Below, piece by piece: positions 1 through 10,490 of a DNA stretch of 20,000 nt. Both the position numbers and the translations under genes were made by a program. The stretch is from Sarea resinae (lineage: Eukaryota). Where the stretch lies: contig JAPEUD010000028.1 of assembly GCA_026026165.1 (NCBI GenBank), positions 234,081 through 254,080 on the forward strand, in the 5' to 3' direction. Every line of letters starts with the position of its first letter. Position 1 is the stretch's first letter. The notes beneath the pieces are model-generated. The model ran no database searches. It saw nothing but the letters and a program-made list of their open reading frames with translations, and had not been told where the DNA came from.

Positions 1-1637
1 GACCTTTTCCGATCAATGACCTTGTCAGAGCTCGAATACGTCAACTTCGCCCGCCCTGGCGTCCCAAAAAATCCCGTTCAAGGCCGCTACGCTCTTCGAA
101 GCCAGAATGAGGCCGTCGAAGCCCTGGATCGTCCGCCATTCACGATCGACCTTCCAAATCTCGGGGAGAAATGGCAATTCATGGGGGCCTTAGCGGATAA
201 CCCTAACCCTAAAGCTAGGGCGCTTACAGCGCTAAGAATATTAAGGCTGAGAGAGCAACTTAGAACTATGTAGGATTTAGGCACGCATCTATGATTTATA
301 TCTTGCTACACTACTTGCAAAGAACGTCTAGGCCTTGCAACAGCCTAATAAGGACATTAGCGACGGTGGAGAACGTTCCCTTGGAATTATGAAAAGCAGG
401 GTAACTATCAGGCTTCCAGGCATTGTGCGGCGTTCGCAGATTTGTGGTGCACTCGGGTCATTTACCTTAGAAGCACTCCGTCATCATCTTCTAACCCGAC
501 AATCTTCAGGGCTCCTTAAGTCGTTTACTGCAAGTTCACCAAGTCGACAGCAATGGAACGAGTTCGTGAGCAGCACCATGCGGGTCCGGGATATTGGGGC
601 TCTGGGGAAGACGACGGATCTGACGGCGAAGAGGAACGAAAGCGCGAGTCAGTCCGAGGTCATTACGTTGACGATGAAGACGACCTCGAGGACGACGACG
701 ATGGCGAAATGCACGATGATATCGAGATACATGATCATGAGCATGCTCGACATGGTCAATCGTCAAAGACACGTTCCCACGGCATTTCTGGTTCACATGT
801 CCCGACTCGGCCTCCGACTCCACATCCCGTTGCAACTCGCGGAAAGCAAACCAGAAGAAGGAAATCTCCTACTCCGGATCTTTTCGATTGCTAACATGGC
901 CCAGAGAATCGGGGACGTGATAGATTGATCCCGCAAGAGGAGCATGAGGCGCGGAAAGATACACTCCGAAAGGCGCACCGAGAATGACGAACCAAAAGAA
1001 ACTACGCGAGGAGAAGAGCAAAGCCAGCAGACGAGACTGAAATTTCTGGCGATCCCGCCTCGACACCTTCCACGTCGGGTGTTACAGCATTCGTGAGATT
1101 TCGCCCTCGCCAACCCTTGTGGACTACGACCGGTGACCGACTGAAGCATTCCAGTCAGTGCTGCCAACAGTCCATCGGTCCATTGGTCCAAACAGTCCGA
1201 ACGGTCCAGTCCATGCAGTCCATCGGTCTAGTCCAGAGGTTGTAGGTGGACCGTTTGGACTGCATGGACCGATGAAATTTTAGCAAAAAAAGGGGTAGAA
1301 GGGGGGGTGGGGGGTGAAGAGAGGGGGGAGCAACCTAATACCCTTGATTCTAGAAGACATTCTGCCGCCAAAATGCCTAATTAGGCGGTACATACCCAGT
1401 ACATACCTACACCGCCCCACGTACCTAAGCGGATCGGTCTAATCGGTCCAGTCCAGACCCTTGGACCGGACCATTTGGACCGTTGGCAGCACTGAAATTT
1501 CCAGTAAGCTGAAGCTTGCCACCCTGATTGCTCGTGCTGACCAACTTTTCCAGTCATTGTTCATCGCCATACTCACATGCGGTCTGTGCAGGGGCGTCAC
1601 GCGAACCTTTGACGGACTAAGGTATGAAAATCCGTAG
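1..1637 (+). pseudogene. Degenerate protein-coding gene remnant of unknown product with acidic low-complexity segment, interrupted by a MITE; 5' part outside window
   Basis: Frame 1 is open 1-270 (DLFRSMTLSELEYVNFARPG...). A protein-like stretch follows in frame 2 at ~269-580 (ARIYDLYLATLLAKNV*ALQQ...RLPGIVRRSQICGALGSFTLEALRHHLL). Frame 1 then resumes with an acidic tract (GSGEDDGSDGEEERKRES...DDEDDLEDDDDGE), with stops TAA 892 and TGA 985 that are single C>T changes from CAA/CGA. Removing the MITE and one duplicated flank keeps frame 1 open to TAG 1635-1637. A possible intron 1093-1553 (GTGAGA...GCTGAC...TTCCAG) would contain the MITE. Exon structure unresolved. Confidence 0.45.
1156..1494. 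mobile_element. Non-autonomous TIR element (MITE), hAT-like termini
   Basis: 19-bp terminal inverted repeats CAGTGCTGCCAAC(A/G)GTCCA at 1156-1174 and 1476-1494 (1 mismatch). Over 15 subterminal (A/G)GTCC / GGAC(C/T) motifs are clustered at both ends, and there is no convincing coding capacity. TTCCAGT occurs in both flanks (1149-1155, 1499-1505), but on the right it is offset 4 nt from the TIR. Confidence 0.8.
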
Positions 1638-2630
1638 TCTAGCCCGGGAACGGATCCGAGTTGTTCGGTGGACAAGCTTTCGCGGAGCAAACCTTCTCGG
1701 ATGAGCCAGCACTTGCAGCCTTGCCAAAAGGATGGCGGACTATCCGGACCGATGGCGGCCGTTGGGGAACAGCGGATTTAGGATTCGGCGAAGCGTCATT
1801 TCCTAATTTATGTTTTGGAAAGCCAGTAAATGTATACTCGGCAATCCTCATGGCAAACGCTCTGAAGCTGACTTCAGAGAGGTCTTCCGAAGTCTATTGA
1901 CTTACATTCACTCACTAACCCAGAGCCTACTGCACATCTGCTGCACATCGACTTCACTAGCTATCGGACGCGGCACCAAGCATAGTTTGTGCACCATACA
2001 TTCGCTTATCAGCGCTGAGGACCTGCCCTGCATCTTCTTGCCTTCAGATCGCCAAGTTCAGATCATCTTCTCTTCTTTTCATCAGATCATCACCTCGCCA
2101 CCACTCCGTCTATCGTCATTCTCATCAACTTTCATCATTTCAGATGGATCTCGATCGCTACAGCAGTGAGATGTCACAATACATATGGCTTCACTTGCTG
2201 GTCATCAGTCATCTTTCGAATTTCAGCACATGAGCAGCGATAGCAACGAGGACCTGCCCGAAAGAGACGAAATGGCGGCGACAACACAAGCAAGAAATGT
2301 GATCACATATGGAGCTATCATCGAAGTCATGAAGACCGATCCCGAAGCAAAGCGAGCCGTTTTTGCAACAATCGGAAGAGATGCCAGAATCATTCGTACG
2401 CCTCGGAGCTGTCGCGGCTCGTACGACCCAAAGTGATGTATCAGTGGAAGGATATGTGAAGAATCAGGGAGCGGTCATTACGCGCAGCAAAGTCCAGTAC
2501 AGACCACTGCCGATCCCATCTCAGACGAAGAGTTTGCAGATAACGTGGATTGGGATGATCTCGTGCATATTCTTGAAAAAAGCGACCGAGCCGCTTCGCC
2601 CCCAAAGCAAATGCAGTCAGTTTTTCAACC

Positions 2631-3386
2631 TCATTCGTGTTTCCCTTTTCCGTATATCCTTTCAAACGTTTCATCGCTCATTTCATAATCGCTTACAAGT
2701 CCGTCCGTCCCCTTAGACAGTCCAGTGACTACCAATGCATCCGTGGGTTTCTCGCCACACCATTTGTCCTGATCAAAAGGACAGGCGCTCCAACCGACGA
2801 CACAATCCAGCAGAACCTCAAACTCAACCCAGTCACCCGGCCTCGAACAGTTCAACGGCTTGTTGGCGAAGTATGGCGTGTTCTGAAATATATTGAAAGG
2901 CTCCCGGACCTCGGTAAGTCCTTTCATGCCGAATTCGGAAAAGGCTTCGACCATATTTTGCGCACACGATCGATGGCCTTTCATCCCGCGGTCCTCATAC
3001 ATCTTTGGGAAACACGACATCATCGTCATGTCGTGAGTTTTGACCGTGTCGCCTACCAGACGGAGAAGCGGACGGTCCATGTTTGAGTAGATGCACTCGC
3101 CAATGGTAATCGGCGTACCTCTCGTGCGGTGCAATGTGTATGATGGAGAAAGGTGTTCTGCTGAAGCTATCGAGCCATAGGTGAACGGTAGAACAAATGC
3201 GCTCATGTCCACAACTTGGAGACCATGGAGATCAATGAGTCGGAAGATAGTGCCGGCTTTCAGAGCTTCCGCATAGCCATGAGCAGCAGGAATGATGGTT
3301 TCGGTTGATTTGGAACGGAAGTCGAAAATAGAACGTTGTACGTCATCTGTCGCAGAGTGCGACGCTGAAGTGAAAGTCTCCGTCAT
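2631..3386 (-). CDS. DUF1989 / urea carboxylase-associated family protein (carboxyguanidine deiminase CgdA/B-like), 251 aa, intronless
   Basis: Uninterrupted ORF with the family motifs in order: IPAAHG-A--LKAG--FRLID--G-QVVD, EHLS---T, YSN-DRPLL---GDTVKTHD----C, GHRSCAQN, PFNIFQNT, SRPGDWVEF, SACPFD, KPT. The first ATG is at 3386 (the ORF track uses an upstream GTG at 3419). A TATA box lies ~58 nt upstream. Confidence 0.88.
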   Translation of the reverse strand: MTETFTSASHSATDDVQRSIFDFRSKSTETIIPAAHGYAEALKAGTIFRLIDLHGLQVVDMSAFVLPFTYGSIASAEHLSPSYTLHRTRGTPITIGECIYSNMDRPLLRLVGDTVKTHDMTMMSCFPKMYEDRGMKGHRSCAQNMVEAFSEFGMKGLTEVREPFNIFQNTPYFANKPLNCSRPGDWVEFEVLLDCVVGWSACPFDQDKWCGEKPTDALVVTGLSKGTDGLVSDYEMSDETFERIYGKGKHE

Positions 3387-3443
3387 AGTAGCTGCGTCTT
3401 TTGCGAATGGGAGATACACTGCTGGACGAGGATGACTGACGGC

Positions 3444-3451
3444 TTTTTATA
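3444..3451 (-). promoter_or_regulatory. TATA box of DUF1989 gene
   Basis: TATAAAAA on the minus strand (+ strand tttttata) ~58 nt upstream of the ATG at 3386. Confidence 0.55.
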
Positions 3452-3603
3452 AACTTTCGACAAAAATCCACCCTGCCATTGGAATGCCCTGGACTCTTTA
3501 AGCTATTAACTACTGCCAAGTCCCTTATCTTTCCTGTATGGTCGGTCGTTCGAGTGAGTCTCGGACATTACTATGGTATCCCTTCGTCTGGTGAGTACAT
3601 AGT

Positions 3604-3633
3604 ACGGATACCAACGGATATCAACGGATACCA
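3604..3633. repeat. 3 x 10-bp tandem repeat ACGGATA(C/T)CA in DUF1989 upstream region
   Basis: acggatacca-acggatatca-acggatacca, plus an inverted partial copy tggtatcc at 3574-3581. Confidence 0.75.
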
Positions 3634-5378
3634 GCTGCGTGACGCTAGCCACTAACGCCGGAGCTCGCCGACAAGATATTCCGTAGCTTCTTCGCTCTCC
3701 TCGTAGTATTCAACTCTTCTCGTATTAACGTCTTATCACCCGCAATTTCGTTAGTCTAAGCTAATCTAGTTGCCGAGCAGCAGGGACCGATACATCTCCT
3801 AGCTGTACTTTATTCTAATGAATTCAGGCTAAGTAGAATTCTCACCAAATAATCTTGAAGTTTAATCCAATAATCAACGCGAAAGAGGATAATGTAGTAG
3901 AAGTGCTCAGGAGTATAGAATTTTCTAGTCGCAACCAAGTGCAGTGGTCTTATATTCCAACACGAAACATTTACTTGGGTGATTTAGTGATTCGGTCCGA
4001 AGTAAATCCCAATCATTAAAAAATAACCCGTAAATCGCACATTCTAATGGCATCACTAGTGTAATATCTATCAATCTACATGGATTTGGCTGGTGAAGCC
4101 ATTACAAAATCGGTCAGAGGTGTGATTCCATGTGACAAGCCACTTGACCATCCCGTGTGATGTTGTCCTGCGACGCGATTTCCAGCGATGTGAATGTAGC
4201 TCTTCCCACATGCGGTCAAGGCATCCTTCATGCTTTGAAGACAGTATCGGGTTGAGGACCGATCGAAGAATGTGGCTTACCAGCGATGGTTGCGGTACTA
4301 GTCCGAGGCCATCGCGATCTTGATGCTCTCGACTTGTGGAAGCCGCCGCCGACCTCGGACGGAACGCGCTTTTCCCCACTTCGGAGAGCATATGGCGCAA
4401 ATCTGTTAGGATGAAGTAGACAGCGATTTGCCCAGTGGCCCGACGGTTCAGCCTTTAGATAGGACCAAACCAGAAAGGCCGGAGTGCAAAATGCAGCAAG
4501 AGGAAGGACGGTCCGAAGGCGAACCTGCCGATCGGCGCAGCTCACATCGTTCTTGCTCTTTTCCGGAAGACTCTAAGCCTCAAGTGTGAACGGGAAGGAT
4601 CAACGGGTGGGCGGAACGCTGAGCTGAGGACAGAACCGAGAACGCAGCGATGGGTTCTTCCGACTGGCCTGCGCGACAGATAATGCGTCTAGCGGCGGTA
4701 AGGAAGTCTTGGGACCGGGTTGGCATGTCGTTCAAAGCGACGGCTTGGCTGCGTTTCGGATGCGGAGATTAGCACATCGCCTCCGTCGCGAAGCAAAGCT
4801 CATGGCCTAACTCTGGGCACGTACGGTCAAGGTTAGCTGTCGCTCACTTTCGCCTTGGCATGCGAAGAGCAAACCTCTCTTGACTCCTCGTCCCTAGTCG
4901 TAAACTGCAGATAATCGATCCGCTAGAGTATCACCATCCCCGCCAGCCATTGACCGATCAAGACTATTGTATTCCATCCACCGCAAGTCTGCGGGCTGAC
5001 ATGCTGATGCCGCCGAAGCCTGGTCGGAGTCAAGCGTTGTTCGATGGAACGCTGAGTGTCTGCTCGTAGTGCTGATCGAGTGGACTGCTGAATCTAAAAC
5101 GATGCAATTAGATTGGATGTTTTGCAGATGGGAGATCTCGACTCAACAGTAAACGTCAGACAAAAGCGCCATGGCGACACCATCCGACAGATGGATGTGG
5201 CCATCGGAGTTGGAGGCAGCCGTGGGTCTGTTGGCATCGTGGCCGGTCCATTGCCCAATGGCTAGAAAGGACGGAAACGCAGGCACTACTAAGAGGTAGG
5301 AGCGCGGAAAACAATAAGCAAGATCTGCGACGAGATTTGCTGTCGGCACCGTGGTTGGAGTTGTTAGACCGAAACGAC

Positions 5379-6642
5379 TCACCTTCTCCAGATCATTGTG
5401 CTCCGTTCCCTGCCGTGTGATGACTGTGAGAGCCCCGGGGCAACCAAGCAGTTTATCGTGGTGGATGACATCGACGGCGACGTCATTTGCGATTGCGAAA
5501 CCTCGTCAGTAGTTCGGCCGGAGAGCCGGCGGGCCATTCTCCGAGACCTGGCACGATGAGCGCTGCTCTGTGGCCTGGTCTGTGGCATGGCCTGTAGCAT
5601 GATGAGGTTCAGCCCAGAGACTTTGAAGAGCAATACGTAAAGATTGCACTTACCTCACCCATGGTAATGGACCGACCGGTGACAAACACATGTATGAGAT
5701 ATGATGCTGGAGGCACAAATGGCTGGACATTGACGCTGGAACCTTCCGCATTACGAGCCGGCAATGACTACGGGTTGGAAAGACCCTTGACTTCAGGACC
5801 GGAATGGCAGAAGCTGGAGGGCTAAAGATGGGTTTGGATGGCGGCATCAGTATCGTCCAAGTCCACGGCGTCTGGCCGTGCAGCGGCTTTGTTGAAGCCT
5901 TGGAATAAACGTGCGGAGACAGCGACGGCGATGTCGGTTGCCGATGCAACAGGAATCCGGTCTGCGACTCGGTCAGGTATCACTTCCTGATTGGCAGAAT
6001 CAAATTAGTGAGCTTCGTATGCCACCGAGAGAGCCGTAGGTAGAGAGGAACTTGCTTTGGCGACGCTGGTGGGTGGACCGGTCAGAGGAAAGAGTGTGGC
6101 ACTGAATAGAAGATAGTGTTGAGTACTGTCCGGATCATCAGGTGGGTTTACCGGCCAGTTCCTGCTGATGGGATTCGGATCGGAGCAGCGGGCTGGGCTG
6201 GACTCAAGGAAAGTTGGAAGGATGCGTGATCCAGCTCCGATGCGATTGTCTGCCTCACGAGGTCGTGCAGGCCAGCACTGATCGAGACAGGCTGCTTATC
6301 GTGTGTCTGTTCCTGGTTCGCGGGCGATTGTAGCGGATGCTCCGAGGCATGATGAAAACCAATAGGCATCGTGAGAGTAATGGGCGGAGGGTGCAGAGAC
6401 TCTATCGGAAGCGGTCAGTATACCGGCATTTGTAGAAGATAGGAAACACTGACAGATAGGTCGTCTGGGATCGATGGATGATCCGAGTAGAGGCAGGCGT
6501 TGCGGCAACGGCGATGGCGACGGACAACCGATCCAGCAATGGATTGAGAAGAATGCAGCGAGTGCTGGCGACAAAGCCGGACATTTTGAGCGGAGGAGAC
6601 AAAGCGATAATCTGACATACCTTTCCTGTCAGCTTGTAACAT
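5379..6642 (-). pseudogene. Multi-intron gene or pseudogene of unknown function
   Basis: Series of fungal-sized introns on the minus strand: 6565-6620 (GTATGT..CAG), 6402-6453 (GTCAGT..TACTGAC..TAG), 6102-6151 (GTAAAC..CAG), 5987-6055 (GCAAGT..CACTAAT..CAG) and 5592-5653 (GTAAGT..CAG), plus a donor GTGAGT at 5382. Splicing joins one frame (MPIGFHHASEHPLQ...GTGR-ATLFPLTGPPTSVAK-EVIPDRVADRIPVASATDIAVAVSARLFQGFNKAAARPDAVDLDDTDAAIQTHL*), with TAG stops before and after it. No recognisable domain. Confidence 0.4.
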
Positions 6643-7137
6643 GGTGCGCTAGACTGGGGGCATGAGCATCACAATCGAAGAGCAGACGTTGCTTCCATGG
6701 ACCGAAGTGTAAAGCATCAATGACGACCAAGCGTGCTCTTCTTTCAGTTGTCGAATGAAGAAGAGCGATTCGAGCTAGTATAGAGGAGCGAAACGTTTCT
6801 GTGCCATGGTAAACGATGATAGAAAGATGAGCAGATATGAGCGTTGACACTGCGAAGATGGGAGAAAACAAGCCTTGATGGAGGCGTCAGGAATCCCTCG
6901 ACAAATTGCATATGGTACTAGGTAGATATCCGAATTGATGTGCGGCATGTGGACTGAGGTTGGCGGAAGGGAGAGGGTCGAAGCTGCGATCGAAGCCGCG
7001 ATCTCACACAAGGGAGCAAAACCAAAACCGGAAAGAACGAACGAACGATCGAAAGACGTACAACGCACATGAGGCAACGTCCTACGCGGATGCACCAAGC
7101 CTCAAGTACTTGCTCAGATACAGCGTATGCCGATCAA

Positions 7138-7778
7138 TAATATACACAGGATGTAGGTTAGGATTAGAAGTTTTCACAGTCGGTCAGGATTTTCTAACCA
7201 CGATAACTCTACAACTACACATTGTATAGAGATGATTTTGCGACAAGTTCTATTCTAATTTAATGACTCTAAAGATCTATTACATTGTTATATAATTATT
7301 TGTTATACGCAATGAGATACACTAGTGTAAGTGTAAAGAAGCTAATTCTATAAGTTTCTTAGGGTAGAAGGTAGCTATATATAATTTCTTACTTATACTT
7401 CTTATTTTATTTCTCTCTAGTTGCTTATATTTTTATTATCTCTCTCTAATATATATAGGATATAGGTTAGGATTAGAAGTTTTTATAGTTAGGATTTTCT
7501 AACTATACTAACTCTATAACTACATATTATATAGAGATAATTTTATAGTAAGTTCTATTTTAATTTAATAACTCTAAAGATCTATTATATTATTATATAA
7601 TTATTTGTTATATATAATAAGATACACTAGTATAAGTGTAAAGAAGCTAATTCTATAAGTTTCTTAGAGTAGAAAGTAGCTATATATAGTTTCTTACTTA
7701 TATTTCTTGTTTTATCTCTCTCTAATTACTTATATTTCTTATTTTATTTCTCTCTAGTTGCTTATATTCTTATTATCT
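7138..7778 (+). repeat. Tandem duplication of a ~309-bp unit at the GC/AT boundary
   Basis: Copy 1 at 7138-7446 (taatatacacaggatgtaggttaggattagaag...) and copy 2 at 7447-~7778 (taatatatataggatataggttaggattagaag...). Differences are almost all C>T/G>A. The 3' ends carry ~32-bp subrepeats (acttatatttcttattttatttctctctagtt). Confidence 0.9.
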
Positions 7779-7990
7779 ACTCTTAAATCTTAAGTCTAAT
7801 CTAAACTAATTCTTTTTAACTAGAATCTATATTCTTATAGTATCTAATATACTATACCTTCTAAATATAGACGCTCTAAGAAATATAATTAAAGAGAAGC
7901 TATAGGCTGCTTAGTAAGTGTCTTACCTAAGGTTATACTATAAAGAAAAATCTGTTTAAAAAGAAGTGCTACTAAAGAAGGCTTTAAATT

Positions 7991-8244
7991 CCTAACTATA
8001 TTGCACTAGCTAAAGACATTGTCTTTCTACTAATCTTTACCTCTTTAAGGCATTAAACTAAGCCTAAGTAAGAATTAACAGTGTTTTCTTAACAGTGTTT
8101 TTACACCTATTAAAAAACGCTCTCTACCTACTAACCTAACTACTTTAATAGCTGCTTTAATCCTTACCTATACACTTACTCTTTGTTTATTTAATTACTA
8201 GCTTACTAGCATTAATTTCCTACTCTTAGAGTTGCTCTATCTCT
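7991..8244 (+). repeat. Heavily RIP-mutated copy of the TLH upstream module at 17921-18195
   Basis: cctaactatattgcactagctaaagacattgtc...gaattaacagtgttttcttaacagtg aligns with cctaaccgcattgcactagctgaagacactgtc...gaatcgacagtgttttctcgacggtg. Confidence 0.88.
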
Positions 8245-8840
8245 AACTACATTACAGCTAGCAATTCTACTAGGATTAAAGAGATATACTAGGTATATAC
8301 TCTAACTACCTAGCCTTTAATTAGCTTGCCCTACTAGTAGAAAGTAGGATTAAGTAGAGTAGGATTAAGCAATTGCTATTATATTAAAATCGCCTCTTAA
8401 CACTGCTAGCTGTATCTCTAACCCTTAAAGAGCTGTCTTTCTATAGCACTTAATTAATTATCTCTTACTATTAATACTGTTTAGGCTTGCTTAACTCTCT
8501 AGAGTTATACTTAACCTTAGTTAGAGCTACTTTCTACTTATACCTCTAACTATATCGCTGCTAAGCGACTAAGTAAGTAAGCAGGCACGCCTTAAGTAAC
8601 CTCTAGTAGTAGCTCTAGGTAACTCTTAGTAGCTATAGCTACTTTTTTTAAAATAGCAACTAAATAACTAACTAACTAGTTAAGCACGCCTTAGGTAACT
8701 CTTTATAACACTTTAAAAGAAGTAAGCCTTAGTAGTATCCTAACTATATAGCTAGTCACTATCCTATCTAATACAGCTGTTTAACAATTAAACTTCTAGA
8801 TAGTCTAGTAGAAAAACCTCTCTCTAGGCTGTAAGCGCTT
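8242..8840 (+). repeat. ~600-bp direct repeat, copy 1 (copy 2 at ~10491-11096; diverged partial copy at ~8965-9190)
   Basis: Colinear throughout, e.g. ctactaggattaaagagat(a/g)tactaggtatatac ... gctacttttttttaaaatagcaactaa ... aaacttctagatagtctag, differing mainly by transitions. Confidence 0.9.
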
Positions 8841-9258
8841 TGCCTGCTCTACTTGCTAGCTGTTTAGCTAGCTAGGCTAGCAAAATAATAAATAATCCTA
8901 AGTAAGTGTCTAGTTTTTATTTGTTAACTGCCTAGCAGCGCGCGCGCGTCGCTTATTAGCTAGCCTAGCTAGTAGAAAGTGTAATTAAAGTAGTGTATAG
9001 GATTAAGCTAATATAAAACTAGTAAGACATTGTATCTAACACTGCTAGCCTAATCTCTAACTTGTAGGTAGTAGCCTTTCTATATATATAACTAGATTTA
9101 ATTATCTTCTACTACTATTAGAGCTGTTCTAGTATGCTTAACCTCTTAGAGTTATAAGGCTTTAGTTAGAGCTACTTTTAACTTATACCTTTTACTAAAT
9201 CTCTTTAGTTAGTTATAGTAAGAGCGCGCGCGCCCTCTAACTATCTATTACTATTACT

Positions 9259-10490
9259 ATAGCAGTTGTAGTAGCTGCTACTACTATAACTATTATAATA
9301 AACTAACTAGTCTATAAACTAGATTATTAGGTGCTACTATACTAGCAATATAGTTATGCGATTTAGAACCTTAACTAGTATCTTAAGTATTATTATAGTA
9401 TATTAGTAAAGCAGCAGCAGCTAATTGTAGCTAGCCTATATAATTATATCCTTACTTAACTATAAGATATCTAATTACTACTAGTTAATAGCTAGTTGTT
9501 TCTAGTATTAGAAACGCTACTAGACACCTTTTAATACAATAATTTTAACTAATATCACTATATTAGTGTTAGTTAACTAGTAATACAAAAGCATTACAAT
9601 AAGCAGCACTACTAGCAAGCTAGCTAGCTGAAAAAAGCAACACATTAGCACTTAGTAAGAGTGTAGACCTTCTTTAATAGCTGTAGACTACAGCAATATT
9701 TCTCTATACAGCTGCTACTAGCAGATTAAAGAGAGTATACTTTCTCTTTCTCTTTCTCTTTCTTTTCTTCTTCTTCTTCTTTTAACTCTAAGCTAGGCTG
9801 CTTAACTAGGTTGCCTATATAGTTAAGTTATAAAAATACTAATATAGTAAGCTAGATCTAGTGTGAATTTAATGCTTAGCAAGCTATATATAAGTAAAGT
9901 TAGGCTCTAATTAAGAGTAAAGTGTAGAAGACTAATTAGACTAGCTAGTTTAGTTGTATAGGCTAGCTAGCCTACCTAGGCTATTAGAATATAGCGCACT
10001 TTCTCTATACTAGTAAGCTTTTAAACTAGCGACTTAGGTAGTAGTAGTAGCAGCAGCGCTTAGAGTAAGATTTTAATTATATCTTAAGCTAAGTAGCTAA
10101 AGTTACTTAACTAATAATTAAGCGCTATATAGCTAGGCTAGCTACTCTACTACTTAAGCTCTACTACTAGCTGTGTAGTAAGAAGCGCACTAAAGTACAC
10201 TAGCAGCTATAAGCTTAGCTGTATAGCAATAAGGCCTAGGCATACTATACTAACTATTAAGCGTGTCTAATCTGCTATTACTTATATATCTTTACCTACT
10301 ACACTTTTACTACAACTAATAATAATAACAATGCATTTAATATATAGCTAAAAGATGCTAATAAATTGCTGTATCTAATAGCAAAGTAGAATAAGCGCTT
10401 ATAGGCTATCTAAGAGTTACTTAAGCTAGATAGTAATAAGTCCTAGTAGGTTAACTATATACTAGCCTTCTTATAAGCGCTAATCTTTTA
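9259..10490 (+). pseudogene. Truncated, heavily RIP-mutated telomere-linked helicase (DUF3505 N-terminus) copy
   Basis: Relic frame LVYKLDY*VLLY*QYSYAI*NLN*YLK ... QKHYNKQHY* ... V*TFFNSCRLQQYF matches the DUF3505 region of the 18517 gene. Nucleotides 9845-10490 align with 19175-19800 (e.g. gtgtagaagactaattagactagctagttt vs gtgcagaagactgatcgcactagctagttc). Homology stops abruptly at ~10490. Confidence 0.82.

Noticed and set aside
198..212. Interstitial telomere TAACCCTAACCCTAA
   Set aside because: Only ~2.5 units, lying in a reading frame (DNPNPK) within a RIP-like patch, so it is probably incidental.
2185..2436. 83-aa ORF MASLAGHQ...
   Set aside because: Short with no recognisable domain. 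It could be a small orphan gene but cannot be supported from sequence alone.
2637..3086. 149-aa plus-strand ORF
   Set aside because: Antisense shadow of the DUF1989 gene with no recognisable motifs.
3387..3419. GTG-initiated 11-aa extension of DUF1989
   Set aside because: This is a eukaryotic gene, and the ATG at 3386 fits the TATA spacing.
3420..3700. Guanidine riboswitch upstream of DUF1989
   Set aside because: I recognised no ykkC-type conserved motifs or stems. An Infernal/Rfam scan would be decisive.
4071..4900. Short overlapping ORFs on both strands
   Set aside because: No domain similarity or consistent exon chain could be built despite one intron-like GTAAGC..AAG segment.
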